A program made the position numbers and the translations under genes. Below are positions 19,888-29,389 of a DNA stretch of 64,000 nucleotides, one piece after another. The notes under the pieces are model-generated. The model made no database searches. It had not been told where the DNA came from and saw only the letters and a list, made by a program, of their open reading frames with translations. Each line of letters opens with the position of its first letter. Position 1 is the stretch's first letter. This stretch comes from an uncultured Pelagibacteraceae bacterium (GTDB taxonomy: Bacteria > Pseudomonadota > Alphaproteobacteria > Pelagibacterales > Pelagibacteraceae): positions 676 to 64,675 of the forward strand of contig CACGIZ010000004.1 of assembly GCA_902573235.1 (NCBI GenBank), written 5' to 3'.

Positions 19888-20591
19888 AATCTATCTAAAC
19901 CTTTATTTTTAATTTTTATCAGTTCTGTATTATATTTCATTAAAAAAATTAGCAGAGAAAATAGGGTAAATGCCGCAGTCATTATTAATAATGGATATAA
20001 CATTGAAACATGAATTGATGATTCTGATAAGATATTAATTGAAGCTGGCTGATGTAACGTGTTCCACCAATCGACAGAATATTTTATAATTGGAACATTA
20101 ATTATTCCTGCTACGGTAATTATTGATGTAATCTTAAATGCTTTATCATCATTATCATAAATTCTCCACGCAATGAGATATATAACATAAAACAAAGATA
20201 GAATTAGCATAGATGTAATTCTTGCATCCCAAGCCCACCAAGTACCCCATGTTGGTTTCCCCCAGATTGATCCTGTTACAAGAGCAATCACGCTAAATAC
20301 AAAACCTGAAGGAGCTAGGCTCTTAGAAATCAAAAAAAAATTTCTTATTTTAAAAATATATCCAATCACAGACAAAAATGTGATCATAGAAAAAATTCCA
20401 AGGCATATCCAAGCAGCTGGTACATGAACATACATAATTCTTACTGAATGACTCTGTTTATAATCTTCAGGTGATAATACTAATGCCTCGATTAATCCAA
20501 CTGTTAAAATTATCACAAATAAAAATAAGACATATTTAGGTGCCTTGGATGTAATTGAAAAAATTTTATTTGGTTCGAAATACTTAAACAT
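19884..20591 (-). CDS. ccmC: Heme exporter protein CcmC
   Basis: YVHVPAAW, WGKPTWGTWWAWDAR, WWNTLHQ. Confidence 0.96.
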   Translation of the reverse strand: MFKYFEPNKIFSITSKAPKYVLFLFVIILTVGLIEALVLSPEDYKQSHSVRIMYVHVPAAWICLGIFSMITFLSVIGYIFKIRNFFLISKSLAPSGFVFSVIALVTGSIWGKPTWGTWWAWDARITSMLILSLFYVIYLIAWRIYDNDDKAFKITSIITVAGIINVPIIKYSVDWWNTLHQPASINILSESSIHVSMLYPLLIMTAAFTLFSLLIFLMKYNTELIKIKNKGLDRL

Positions 20592-20641
20592 ATTAAATGA
20601 TTATTTTAATCAAATTTAAGGATTTTTTTAGGAAATAATTG

Positions 20642-20704
20642 TCTGATCAAGAATGTCAGAGGGAGATAATAACGAAGGGTAAATATTTAACATCCTTGAC
20701 CAGA
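20642..20704 (-). ncRNA. Candidate small structured RNA or ccm leader hairpin
   Basis: Minus-strand UCUGGUCAAGGAUGUU pairs with GACAUUCUUGAUCAGA over 16 bp with 3 G-U pairs; 31-nt CU-rich loop. Confidence 0.6.
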
Positions 20705-20707
20705 ATT

Positions 20708-20735
20708 CGTATAGATTATTAAATAGCTGTGTCAA
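20708..20735 (-). promoter_or_regulatory. Sigma70-type promoter for the hairpin RNA / ccm operon
   Basis: TTGACA (20730-20735), 16-nt spacer, TATACG (20708-20713) on minus strand. Confidence 0.55.
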
Positions 20736-20770
20736 AGATTTGAACTAATTGTGTTAAAAAAGTGATATTT

Positions 20771-21091
20771 CTAATTTGAAGGCTTAAAATAACTAGATCC
20801 TTTTTTTCCTGAAAAAATCTCCTCAATTAAAGGATGTTTAATTGGTTCATCTGAGTCATCCATTAAAAGGTTTTGTTCTGAAACATAGGCCTCGTAAGTA
20901 ATTTCGTCATTTTCAGCAAGTAAATGATAAAATGGTTGATCTTTTCTTGGTCTTACATTTTTCGGGATCGATTGATACCACTCTTCAGAATTATTAAATT
21001 CAAAATCAACATCATAAATGACACCTCTAAATTCAAAGTGTTTGTGTTTAACAATGTCCCCAATTGAAAATTTTGCTTTTTGAATAGCCAT
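20771..21091 (-). CDS. hspQ: Heat shock protein HspQ (YccV-like)
   Basis: KFSIGDIVKH, RGVIYDVD, QPFYHLLAE, AYVSEQNL. Confidence 0.93.
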   Translation of the reverse strand: MAIQKAKFSIGDIVKHKHFEFRGVIYDVDFEFNNSEEWYQSIPKNVRPRKDQPFYHLLAENDEITYEAYVSEQNLLMDDSDEPIKHPLIEEIFSGKKGSSYFKPSN

Positions 21092-21098
21092 TATGTTT

Positions 21099-21127
21099 AG
21101 TATGGGTATTTAAGAATAAAAATCAAT
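21099..21127 (-). promoter_or_regulatory. Putative RpoH (sigma32) promoter of hspQ
   Basis: ATTGAT-N15-CCCATACT on minus strand, ending 7 nt before the ATG. Confidence 0.5.
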
Positions 21128-21170
21128 AAGAAAAATTTATAATTTTAGTAAAAATATTATTTGTGTTAAT

Positions 21171-21731
21171 ATGTCTAAAGTGAATAAATCTTTTTTAAAG
21201 TTTCTAACTGATTTTGGCCCCTTAATAGTTTTTTTTTACTACTACTACGATAGTGGAAAAGATTTAAAAATAGCCATTCCACCTTTCATAATTGCGACAA
21301 TAATAGCATTAGGAATTATGTGGTTTTTAGAAAAAAAAATTCCAAAAGTTCCATTGATAAGTGGAGTTCTTATTACCTTTTTTGGAGGATTAACAATTTA
21401 CTTTAACAATCCAGTATTCATTTATATTAAGCCTACGATTATAAATATTTTATTTGGTCTAGCTCTAATATTTGGAAGATATTTTACAAATGAACCAGTG
21501 CTTAAAAAACTTATGGGAAAATCGATTGCATTAACTAATGAAGGTTGGGAAATATTAAACAAAAGGTGGATATATTTTTTCTTTGCATTAGCAATCTTAA
21601 ATGAATTAGTGTGGAGAACACAATCAGAAGAGTTTTGGGTAAATTTTAAAGTTTGGGGTTTATTACCCATAACCTTTATTTTTACTGCTTTTCAAATTGG
21701 ATTAATTAATAAATATAAGACTAATGAATAA
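21171..21731 (+). CDS. yciB: Intracellular septation protein A (YciB/IspZ)
   Basis: DFGPL, FGGLT, IKPTI, WVNFKVWG. Confidence 0.92.
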   Translation: MSKVNKSFLKFLTDFGPLIVFFYYYYDSGKDLKIAIPPFIIATIIALGIMWFLEKKIPKVPLISGVLITFFGGLTIYFNNPVFIYIKPTIINILFGLALIFGRYFTNEPVLKKLMGKSIALTNEGWEILNKRWIYFFFALAILNELVWRTQSEEFWVNFKVWGLLPITFIFTAFQIGLINKYKTNE

Positions 21732-22071
21732 AAATTTACGTTTAGTAATTAACAATGTCAAAGATAAACAATTCGAAGATAAACATTTTTTTGAAAAAGA
21801 TGAATTAAAAATTATCTTAGATTTATACGCTAAAATGGTGTCAGCAGGTTCGTGGAAAGATTACGGACTAAGTATTTCTAGTAAACAAGTTGGTTTCAGT
21901 GTGTTTAAAAATGCAGCTGAAAATGCACTATACAAAATTTGTAAAAATTTTAAGCCTAAAAATAAAAATTTAAAATACTTAATAACTGACACTAATGGTA
22001 AAATTTTAAAAAATTCTTATGATCTTGATTTGTTATTAAAAAATACTAATTGGAAAAAACTTCAAAAATAA
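21724..22071 (+). CDS. DUF2794 family protein
   Basis: FEKDELKIILDLYAKMVSAGSWKDY, FSVFK. Confidence 0.82.
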   Translation: MNKNLRLVINNVKDKQFEDKHFFEKDELKIILDLYAKMVSAGSWKDYGLSISSKQVGFSVFKNAAENALYKICKNFKPKNKNLKYLITDTNGKILKNSYDLDLLLKNTNWKKLQK

Positions 22072-22073
22072 TT

Positions 22074-22835
22074 TTATCTTCTTTGACCAAAAAGTCTTAA
22101 AAGCATGATAAATAAATTAATGAAATCTAAGTAAAGAGTTAAAGCGCCCATCACAGCTTTTTTACCCATTAATTCACCAGTATCACTAGCGGCATACATA
22201 TTTTTAATTTTTTGAGTATCATATGCGGTTAGTCCTACAAAAATCAAAACACCTAAAACTGAAATTACAAAATACATCATAGAAGATTTCATAAAAATAT
22301 TAACAAGTGAGGCGATTATGATTCCTATTAATCCCATCATTAAAAATGAACCAAATTTTGTTAAATCTCTTTTTGTTGTGTAACCATAAATACTCATTGC
22401 TCCAAAAGTTGCTGAGCATATAAAGAAGACTCTTGTTACACTCATTCCAGTGTAAACTAACAATATTGATGATAATGATAATCCCATTAAAGCAGCAAAT
22501 ACCCAAAAAGTTGTTTGAGCTTTTGAGGCACTCATTTTATTTATTCCAAAGCTCATGTAAAAAACTATTCCTAGAGGCGCCAGCATTACAATCCATTTTA
22601 GTCCTGACATGTAAATAGCATTACCTATTTGTGTTAAACCAACAATTGATCCGGAGTCGTTTGTTACTACAGACATTTTAAAAGTAATTAGAGCAACTAT
22701 TCCTGTCAACAATATCCCTGTTGCCATATAATTATAAACTTTAAGCATGTAGGCTCTTAAGCCTTCGTCTACAACTACATTCTCTTTAGCAGCTGCTTTA
22801 GCTCTAGCTAGTATACCTTTTTTATTTAGATCCAT
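22074..22835 (-). CDS. Bax inhibitor-1/YccA family membrane protein
   Basis: DEGLRAYMLKVYNYM, YTTKRDL, AYDTQKIK, ALTLYLDFINLF. Confidence 0.94.
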   Translation of the reverse strand: MDLNKKGILARAKAAAKENVVVDEGLRAYMLKVYNYMATGILLTGIVALITFKMSVVTNDSGSIVGLTQIGNAIYMSGLKWIVMLAPLGIVFYMSFGINKMSASKAQTTFWVFAALMGLSLSSILLVYTGMSVTRVFFICSATFGAMSIYGYTTKRDLTKFGSFLMMGLIGIIIASLVNIFMKSSMMYFVISVLGVLIFVGLTAYDTQKIKNMYAASDTGELMGKKAVMGALTLYLDFINLFIMLLRLFGQRR

Positions 22836-22916
22836 ATTGTCTAAGATATATAGTCTTTTACTAATTATTCAAGATGCCTTAAAAGATTATTAAAAAAATT
22901 AACTCAAAAAACCCAA

Positions 22917-23954
22917 ATGAATTACAAAAAATTAGGTAATACTGATCTTGATGTGAGTACAATTTGTCTCGGCACAATGACTTGGGGTGAACAGAATACT
23001 CAAACAGAAGGTTTTGAACAAATGGATTATGCTTTAGATCAAGGTGTAAATTTCTGGGATACAGCAGAATTATATGCCATACCCCCTAAAGAAAACACTT
23101 ACGGCAAAACTGAGGAAGTAATTGGAAATTGGTTTGAAAAAACAAAAAAAAGATCTGAAGTAATTCTTGCTACAAAAGTTGCTGGACCTGGTCTTAATTG
23201 GATTAGAGGTGGTGGAAATCAGTATGACGAAAAAAATTTAAATGAAGCAGTTAATGGAAGTTTAAAGAGATTAAAAACTGATTATATCGATCTTTATCAA
23301 CTTCATTGGCCTGAGAGAAAAAGTAACTTTTTTGGAAGACTTGGATACCAACATAAAGAAGAACATGATTGGAATAAATTTGAGGATATACTTAATTCTC
23401 TAGATAAGTTAATCAAAAGTGGAAAAATAAGATATATCGGACTTTCTAATGAAACAGCATGGGGGCTTTCAAAATTTTTAGAGATTTCAAAAATAAAAAA
23501 TCTCCCACGTATAATGTCAGTGCAAAACCCTTACAGTCTTTTAAATAGAACATATGAAATAGGTCTTGCTGAAGTCTCGATAAGAGAGGAAAGTGGTTTG
23601 TTAGCTTACTCTCCCCTGGCATTTGGATATTTAACCGGAAAATATAGAAATGGTGAATTACCGAAAAATTCTAGAATGAAGTTATTTGGTGATCAGTTTT
23701 TGAGATACAAAACAAAAAATGGTCAATTAGCAATCGAGAAATACCATGAAATAGCAAATAAACATGAATTAAATTTTGCTCAAATGAGTTTGAAATTTTG
23801 TGAACTTCAACCTTTTATCACAAGTGTAATAATTGGGGCAACGACAATGGATCAGTTGAAAACTGATATAGAAAGTGTAAATATGAATTTAACAAGTGAA
23901 GTATTAGATGAAATTAATGAAATACAAAAAATTTATCCAAATCCATGTCCATAA
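22917..23954 (+). CDS. Aldo/keto reductase (Tas-like)
   Basis: LGTMTWG, DTAELY, DLYQLHWP, GLSNE, YSPLAFG. Confidence 0.93.
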   Translation: MNYKKLGNTDLDVSTICLGTMTWGEQNTQTEGFEQMDYALDQGVNFWDTAELYAIPPKENTYGKTEEVIGNWFEKTKKRSEVILATKVAGPGLNWIRGGGNQYDEKNLNEAVNGSLKRLKTDYIDLYQLHWPERKSNFFGRLGYQHKEEHDWNKFEDILNSLDKLIKSGKIRYIGLSNETAWGLSKFLEISKIKNLPRIMSVQNPYSLLNRTYEIGLAEVSIREESGLLAYSPLAFGYLTGKYRNGELPKNSRMKLFGDQFLRYKTKNGQLAIEKYHEIANKHELNFAQMSLKFCELQPFITSVIIGATTMDQLKTDIESVNMNLTSEVLDEINEIQKIYPNPCP

Positions 23955-24457
23955 TTAAAAAAATATTTTTCTTATCAACTTTTATTTTGGTAATTTCATT
24001 ACCAAACACTTTTGCAGAAGATCTAAAAAAAGTTGGAAAATTTAAAGATTGGGAGGTGTTGGTAATGTCAGAAACTTCAGGAAAAGTATGTTTTGCACAA
24101 TCAATACCTGTTTTACAAGCACCTAAGAATAATAAGAGAGAAGCAAGATTGTTTGTAACATTTAGACCTGGAGAAAAAATTACAAATGAAATTAGTACAA
24201 CAGCAGGTTATGAATTTAACAAAAAAAATTCTGTTTTAGCCACTTCTGGGAATAATAAATTTAAGTTTGATATCAAACAACAAGGATTTGCGTGGATGAC
24301 TAGTAATAAAAAAGAGAAGATTATGGTAAAGGTCATGAAAAAAGGATCAAGAATTATGGTAACAGGTTATAATGAAAAAGGTTCACAAACTATAGATCAC
24401 TATTCATTACTTGGTTTTACTAAAGCTTATAGCACTGCAAAAAAAGCTTGTAGCTAA
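23945..24457 (+). CDS. Invasion-associated locus B (IalB)-like periplasmic protein
   Basis: Signal peptide, FKDW..KVCFA, MKKG, YSLLGFTKA..C. Confidence 0.78.
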   Translation: MSIIKKIFFLSTFILVISLPNTFAEDLKKVGKFKDWEVLVMSETSGKVCFAQSIPVLQAPKNNKREARLFVTFRPGEKITNEISTTAGYEFNKKNSVLATSGNNKFKFDIKQQGFAWMTSNKKEKIMVKVMKKGSRIMVTGYNEKGSQTIDHYSLLGFTKAYSTAKKACS

Positions 24458-24460
24458 TTA

Positions 24461-25648
24461 ATGAAATCAAAAAAAAGAATTGTTTTAGCTTATTCAGGTG
24501 GTTTAGATACATCAATAATACTGAATTGGTTGCAAGAAAAATATGATGCTGAAATTATTTGTTACACTGCCGATATAGGTCAAGAGATAAACAAAAAAAA
24601 AATCATTTCCAATGCAAAAAAATTAGGAGTTAATAAAATAATTATTAACGACTTAAAAAATATTTTTGTAAAAGAATATGTGTTTCCAATGATACGTGGT
24701 CATGCAATTTATGAAGGTGTTTATTTATTAGGAACTTCAATCGCTAGACCTTTGATTGCAAAAGATCAAATCAAAATTGCAAAAAAATATAAAGCCTATG
24801 CGGTATCTCATGGAGCCACTGGTAAAGGAAATGATCAAGTTAGATTTGAACTAGGATATCATTATTTCGGTCCAAAAATAAAAATAATTGCACCTTGGAG
24901 AATATGGAAATTAAAATCTAGAACTGATTTGATTAACTATGCAAAGAAACATAATATTCCTATTCCAAAAGATAAAAAAGGAGCACCTCCTTTTTCTGTA
25001 GACGATAATTTATTTCATACTTCAACAGAAGGAAAGGTTTTAGAAAATCCCGAGAATTCAGCACCTGAATTTATTTTCCAAAGAACGGCTTCACCTGAAA
25101 AAGCTCCGAATAAACCAACTTTTGTGAAAATAAATTTTGAAAATGGAGATCCGATTGGAATTAATGGAAAAAAATTACAGCCTTCAAAATTACTTGAAAA
25201 ATTAAATCTTTTAGCTGGAAAAAATGGAATTGGAAGAGTTGATCTTGTTGAAAATAGATTTTTAGGAATTAAGTCAAGAGGTGTTTATGAAACTCCCGGT
25301 GGAACATTATTAATACATGCTCATAGGGCTATAGAGTCTGTTACTTTGGATAAAGAGACTATGCATAAAAAAGATAAAATAATGTCTAGATACGCAGAAC
25401 TTATTTATAATGGATATTGGTATTCTAAAGAAAGATTCAAACTACAAAAAATTGTTGATCTTAAAAAAAATAAAGTTAACGGGTCGGTTAAACTTAAACT
25501 TTACAAAGGAAATGTCACAATCGAATCAAGAATTACTAATAGTAAGGCCTATTCGATGAAAAGAGTTTCTTTTGAAGAAAATAAGTCATTCAATAAAACA
25601 AATGTTGAAAAATTTATAAATTTTCATAAAAAAAAGTTAAGAAACTAA
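24461..25648 (+). CDS. argG: Argininosuccinate synthase
   Basis: LAYSGGLDTS, LGTSIARP, HGATGKGNDQVRFE, SRGVYETPGG. Confidence 0.97.
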   Translation: MKSKKRIVLAYSGGLDTSIILNWLQEKYDAEIICYTADIGQEINKKKIISNAKKLGVNKIIINDLKNIFVKEYVFPMIRGHAIYEGVYLLGTSIARPLIAKDQIKIAKKYKAYAVSHGATGKGNDQVRFELGYHYFGPKIKIIAPWRIWKLKSRTDLINYAKKHNIPIPKDKKGAPPFSVDDNLFHTSTEGKVLENPENSAPEFIFQRTASPEKAPNKPTFVKINFENGDPIGINGKKLQPSKLLEKLNLLAGKNGIGRVDLVENRFLGIKSRGVYETPGGTLLIHAHRAIESVTLDKETMHKKDKIMSRYAELIYNGYWYSKERFKLQKIVDLKKNKVNGSVKLKLYKGNVTIESRITNSKAYSMKRVSFEENKSFNKTNVEKFINFHKKKLRN

Positions 25649-25708
25649 CAATTATTTGCGGACAATTTGGGCATTGTTAATTCTCAAAAAAAACTTAATT
25701 TAGTTCAT

Positions 25709-26161
25709 ATGGAAGGTTTAAAAAAATGGATGCAAGATTCTGCAAATATACTATTTGATGATAGTAAAAATGACCTCAGATCCTTACCAAAAGCTGTAAG
25801 ACTACAAATTTTACTAGTATTGAGTTTTATTTGGACAACCGTGTTTAGTTTATATGTTTTTTCTTACACAACTTTCGCTTTTGGTTGGGCCGGCACATAT
25901 ATAGCTCATATTGGATTAATTTTTGCGGTTTATATGACATTCAAGCAATTCCATAAAGCTGAGGAAAAATCAAGCAGTGTATTTCAAACAAAAAATTTTG
26001 ATCCTTTTAAAATTATGGTCATAGTTTTTGTAATTGTTTTTATCTTTGTATTTTCAAAAGGTATTGAAGTTCTGACAAATACCAATTCATACACAATCCC
26101 TTATGATGGTCCTTCAAAATCAGTATTTGAAAAATGGCTACCATTTAGTAAAGATAAGTAA
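25709..26161 (+). CDS. Hypothetical three-TM membrane protein
   Basis: ATG at 25709 preferred over TTG at 25667; hydrophobic segments; stop overlaps next ATG (TAATG). Confidence 0.75.
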   Translation: MEGLKKWMQDSANILFDDSKNDLRSLPKAVRLQILLVLSFIWTTVFSLYVFSYTTFAFGWAGTYIAHIGLIFAVYMTFKQFHKAEEKSSSVFQTKNFDPFKIMVIVFVIVFIFVFSKGIEVLTNTNSYTIPYDGPSKSVFEKWLPFSKDK

Positions 26162-26541
26162 TGGAAAAAATAGCAAAAAATTTACAACTTATTTTAATGG
26201 TTATAATATTGATAAGTACTGTAATTGCTGTTGGAATAGAAATTTATAAGATGTTTCAAAATCGATCAGTAACTTTAGCCGATCTTTTATTAATGTTTCT
26301 ATATTTAGAAGTGCTTGCAATGGTAAGAGTTTTTTGGAATCAGCAATCAATTAGTATTACATTACCACTACTAATTGCGATTACTGCATTAGCACGGTTT
26401 ATTATTCTTCAAGGGAAAGAAATGGATCCTGCGGCTCTAGTTTATGAAGCCATAGCTATAGTTCTAATTGCAGGTGCAATTGTAATATTAAGATTAAGAC
26501 ATAGTGATAAGTTAGGTCTTAAGAAAAAAAAATCAAAATAA
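26161..26541 (+). CDS. Phosphate-starvation-inducible PsiE family protein
   Basis: DLLLMFLYLEV, IAITALARFIILQ. Confidence 0.88.
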   Translation: MEKIAKNLQLILMVIILISTVIAVGIEIYKMFQNRSVTLADLLLMFLYLEVLAMVRVFWNQQSISITLPLLIAITALARFIILQGKEMDPAALVYEAIAIVLIAGAIVILRLRHSDKLGLKKKKSK

Positions 26542-26547
26542 TCTGAA

Positions 26548-27687
26548 ATGGATTTCGAGGCTTCGAGGGCTAGTGCCTTAAACGAATTAAATAATTTTGT
26601 TGAAAACAATCTTTCCAATTATTCCAAGCTTAGAAATTTTGATTTTGGACCAGAAAAAAGATCTAATGTTTCCTGTTTATCTCCATATATTACACATGGA
26701 ATAATTAACGAGAAAGAGGTTATTGAAAAGTCTCTCAGTAAGTTTTCCTTTTCAAAAAATGAAAAATTTATTCAGGAAGTTTTATGGCGTACTTACTGGA
26801 AGGGATGGTTAGAATTAAGACCGAATGTTTGGTCAGACTATTTGATAGAATTAAATAAGATTAAAGAAGAATTCAAAGGTAATCAGAAATATCTTGATGC
26901 ACTTAAAGGTAAAACTAATATTGAATGCTTTAATGCATGGATAAATGAACTAAAGGAAAATAACTATTTACATAATCATACAAGAATGTGGTTTGCCAGT
27001 ATTTGGATTTTTACCTTAGAACTACCATGGCAATTAGGTGCAGAATTTTTTATGCAACATCTTTACGATGGCGATGCTGCATCAAATACTCTTGGTTGGA
27101 GATGGGTTGCGGGAGTTCAAACGCAAGGAAAACATTATTTGGCAAGTGAATGGAATATCAAAAAATTCACTAACAATAGATTTGATAATATTAAATTAAA
27201 TGAAAATGCTCCTCCAATAATATCAGAGAAAACTTACTCAATTATTAAACAAGATTTTAACAACCCACAAAATATAGAAGATAAAAATCTATTAATTTTT
27301 GAGAATAATCTCTCTTTTGAAATCACTGATTTTCAGAGCAATAAATTTAAAAAAATTTATTTAATTTCTAATAAAAATGAGAATAGATCTATCAAGCTAA
27401 GCGAAAAAGTAATTAAATTTAAATCCCTTTTAATCGAAGACCAACAACAAATATTGAAAGCAAAGTCAATTGATTGTGAAGTCATAGATATAAGTGAAAT
27501 TAAAAAAATTGAAAATTTTTATGGTTTATATCCAACAGTAGGTGAAAACTTAGATTATTTAAATTCAAACAATTTGAAAATAGATTATTTATATAGAAAG
27601 CTTGATCAATATTCTTGGCAATATTGTAATAAAGGTTTTTTTAATTTTAAGAATTATATTCCTAAAATTATTTCAACTTTTAATTAA
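26548..27687 (+). CDS. Photolyase with N-terminal FAD domain (NewPHL-like inverted architecture)
   Basis: RNFD, SCLSPY, FIQEVLWR, YLHNHTRMWFAS, LYDGDAASN, WRWVAG all within first ~190 aa. Confidence 0.85.
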   Translation: MDFEASRASALNELNNFVENNLSNYSKLRNFDFGPEKRSNVSCLSPYITHGIINEKEVIEKSLSKFSFSKNEKFIQEVLWRTYWKGWLELRPNVWSDYLIELNKIKEEFKGNQKYLDALKGKTNIECFNAWINELKENNYLHNHTRMWFASIWIFTLELPWQLGAEFFMQHLYDGDAASNTLGWRWVAGVQTQGKHYLASEWNIKKFTNNRFDNIKLNENAPPIISEKTYSIIKQDFNNPQNIEDKNLLIFENNLSFEITDFQSNKFKKIYLISNKNENRSIKLSEKVIKFKSLLIEDQQQILKAKSIDCEVIDISEIKKIENFYGLYPTVGENLDYLNSNNLKIDYLYRKLDQYSWQYCNKGFFNFKNYIPKIISTFN

Positions 27688-27905
27688 AACCACCTAAACA
27701 TTCCAATAATGCCAGCTGTTGCATAAAAGAATTGTAAAAATAGTATTCCTCTATGACCACCCCTATAAGCCCAAATTCCAATTAAGATTGCAGAAATAAG
27801 TAATAAGCAAAAACCAAAAAATTCAACTCCAATATTCATTGCTACAAACAAAGAATACAATATCGCAGTGATAACACCTGCCCATTCAAATATTTTGTTG
27901 TTCAT
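27684..27905 (-). CDS. Small three-TM hypothetical protein
   Basis: 73 aa hydrophobic; ATG overlaps the upstream GATase stop. Confidence 0.75.
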   Translation of the reverse strand: MNNKIFEWAGVITAILYSLFVAMNIGVEFFGFCLLLISAILIGIWAYRGGHRGILFLQFFYATAGIIGMFRWF

Positions 27906-28621
27906 AAAAGTTTTTTAAAGTTATTATAAAGAGTCTTAGAATAATTATTCATATCTGTCATATTTTCTTTCGCAGATCGATCAAATTTTTTTAATGCTCC
28001 ATCACCTAATTGATTTTCTAAAGCTTTTTTATATTCTGGCACACATCCCCACTCATTAACTGTTGTGTCTTTAATTTCAATATGAAATTGAATACCGTAG
28101 GCATGATTTTGATATTTAAAAATTTGATTTTTAGTAACTGGCGATGAAGCTAACAAAGTAACATCTTTATTATTTTCTATTCCTTGAACTTCATATGAAT
28201 GCCATTGCAAACTTTTGATTTTATCAGGAAATTTAGAAAATAAATTATCTTGATTTTTTGCTTTAGTAAAATTGATATCCATCATGCCAATCTCAGCTGG
28301 ACTTGATTGTACAACCTTACCACCAACAACCTCACCTAATAACTGACAGCCTAGACAAAAACCTAAATAAGGTTTTTTTAGATCAACAACAAATTCTTTT
28401 ATTCTTTTTTTTTCTTCAATCAACCAAGGATATTCTTTTTCCATATAAGTATCCATTGGACCACCCATGCAAAACATTCCATCAAATTTACTTAAATCAT
28501 TTGGAATTTTCTCACCTTCATCTAACTCAATTGTAGTGAGATTTAATCCATCAGCTAACATTAGATCTTTTATGTAACCAGGATCTTCAATTTTTATGTG
28601 TTGTAAAATAATTATGTTCAA
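27902..28621 (-). CDS. Type 1 glutamine amidotransferase-like protein
   Basis: GGPM, LGFCLGCQ nucleophile, QWHS, QFHIE. Confidence 0.92.
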   Translation of the reverse strand: MNIIILQHIKIEDPGYIKDLMLADGLNLTTIELDEGEKIPNDLSKFDGMFCMGGPMDTYMEKEYPWLIEEKKRIKEFVVDLKKPYLGFCLGCQLLGEVVGGKVVQSSPAEIGMMDINFTKAKNQDNLFSKFPDKIKSLQWHSYEVQGIENNKDVTLLASSPVTKNQIFKYQNHAYGIQFHIEIKDTTVNEWGCVPEYKKALENQLGDGALKKFDRSAKENMTDMNNYSKTLYNNFKKLL

Positions 28622-28699
28622 TATTTTTTATTCTAGCTTAGATAAATTATTTAAACAATTATTTACTAGCCTAATTAAAAATTGAAATTTTTTTTAAAT

Positions 28700-29389
28700 C
28701 TATCTTGCTAGTTTTATAAAAATATCACCCATACCAACATCTAAATTTTCTAAAGGTGTATTATTCCTAAGTTCACAATATCTACCAGTTACTTGGTGAC
28801 TTTTGACGAAATCAATTTCATCTTTTTCACAATTCTTTCCATTGTGCAATAAACCTATTACAATACGATCGTTAAGACTATAAACTTCTGATTTATTTAT
28901 TTTTTCACCATCACAAAAATAATCTTTGTTTACTCTATTGGGAAAATCTTTTTTAGCACAAGGATTCTTTATTGTTAAAACATAAAATTCTTTAAAACCA
29001 TCTTCAAATTTATATTTCATTTTTTGAGCTTCAGAATACTTCATTAAATCACATGAACATGGAACACAACACCTATAATAGTTCCCACAAATTTTTTTGT
29101 TTGTTTTACTTTCTTTGATGTATAAAAATTCTGAGTCACTGTTTGGATCGATCAGAGATCCAGAAACTGCACAATATAACTTATTAAATTCAATAAAGTC
29201 TTTATAGGTAATTTTTTTATCTATTATGTATTTAAAAAATTTCGGTCCTGCGGCATTTCTATTTTTATCTGGAAATATTCTTGACCAATCGGTAATCAAC
29301 TCCTTGTGATAGTTTTTTTCCTCAGCAAACGACTTAAGTTGAAATAATATTACAAACATTATTAAAGAAATATTTAATATTTTTTTCAT
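28700..29389 (-). CDS. Secreted cysteine-rich hypothetical protein
   Basis: Signal peptide; 10 Cys including RCCVPCSCD; ATG overlaps upstream stop (ATGA). Confidence 0.8.
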   Translation of the reverse strand: MKKILNISLIMFVILFQLKSFAEEKNYHKELITDWSRIFPDKNRNAAGPKFFKYIIDKKITYKDFIEFNKLYCAVSGSLIDPNSDSEFLYIKESKTNKKICGNYYRCCVPCSCDLMKYSEAQKMKYKFEDGFKEFYVLTIKNPCAKKDFPNRVNKDYFCDGEKINKSEVYSLNDRIVIGLLHNGKNCEKDEIDFVKSHQVTGRYCELRNNTPLENLDVGMGDIFIKLAR

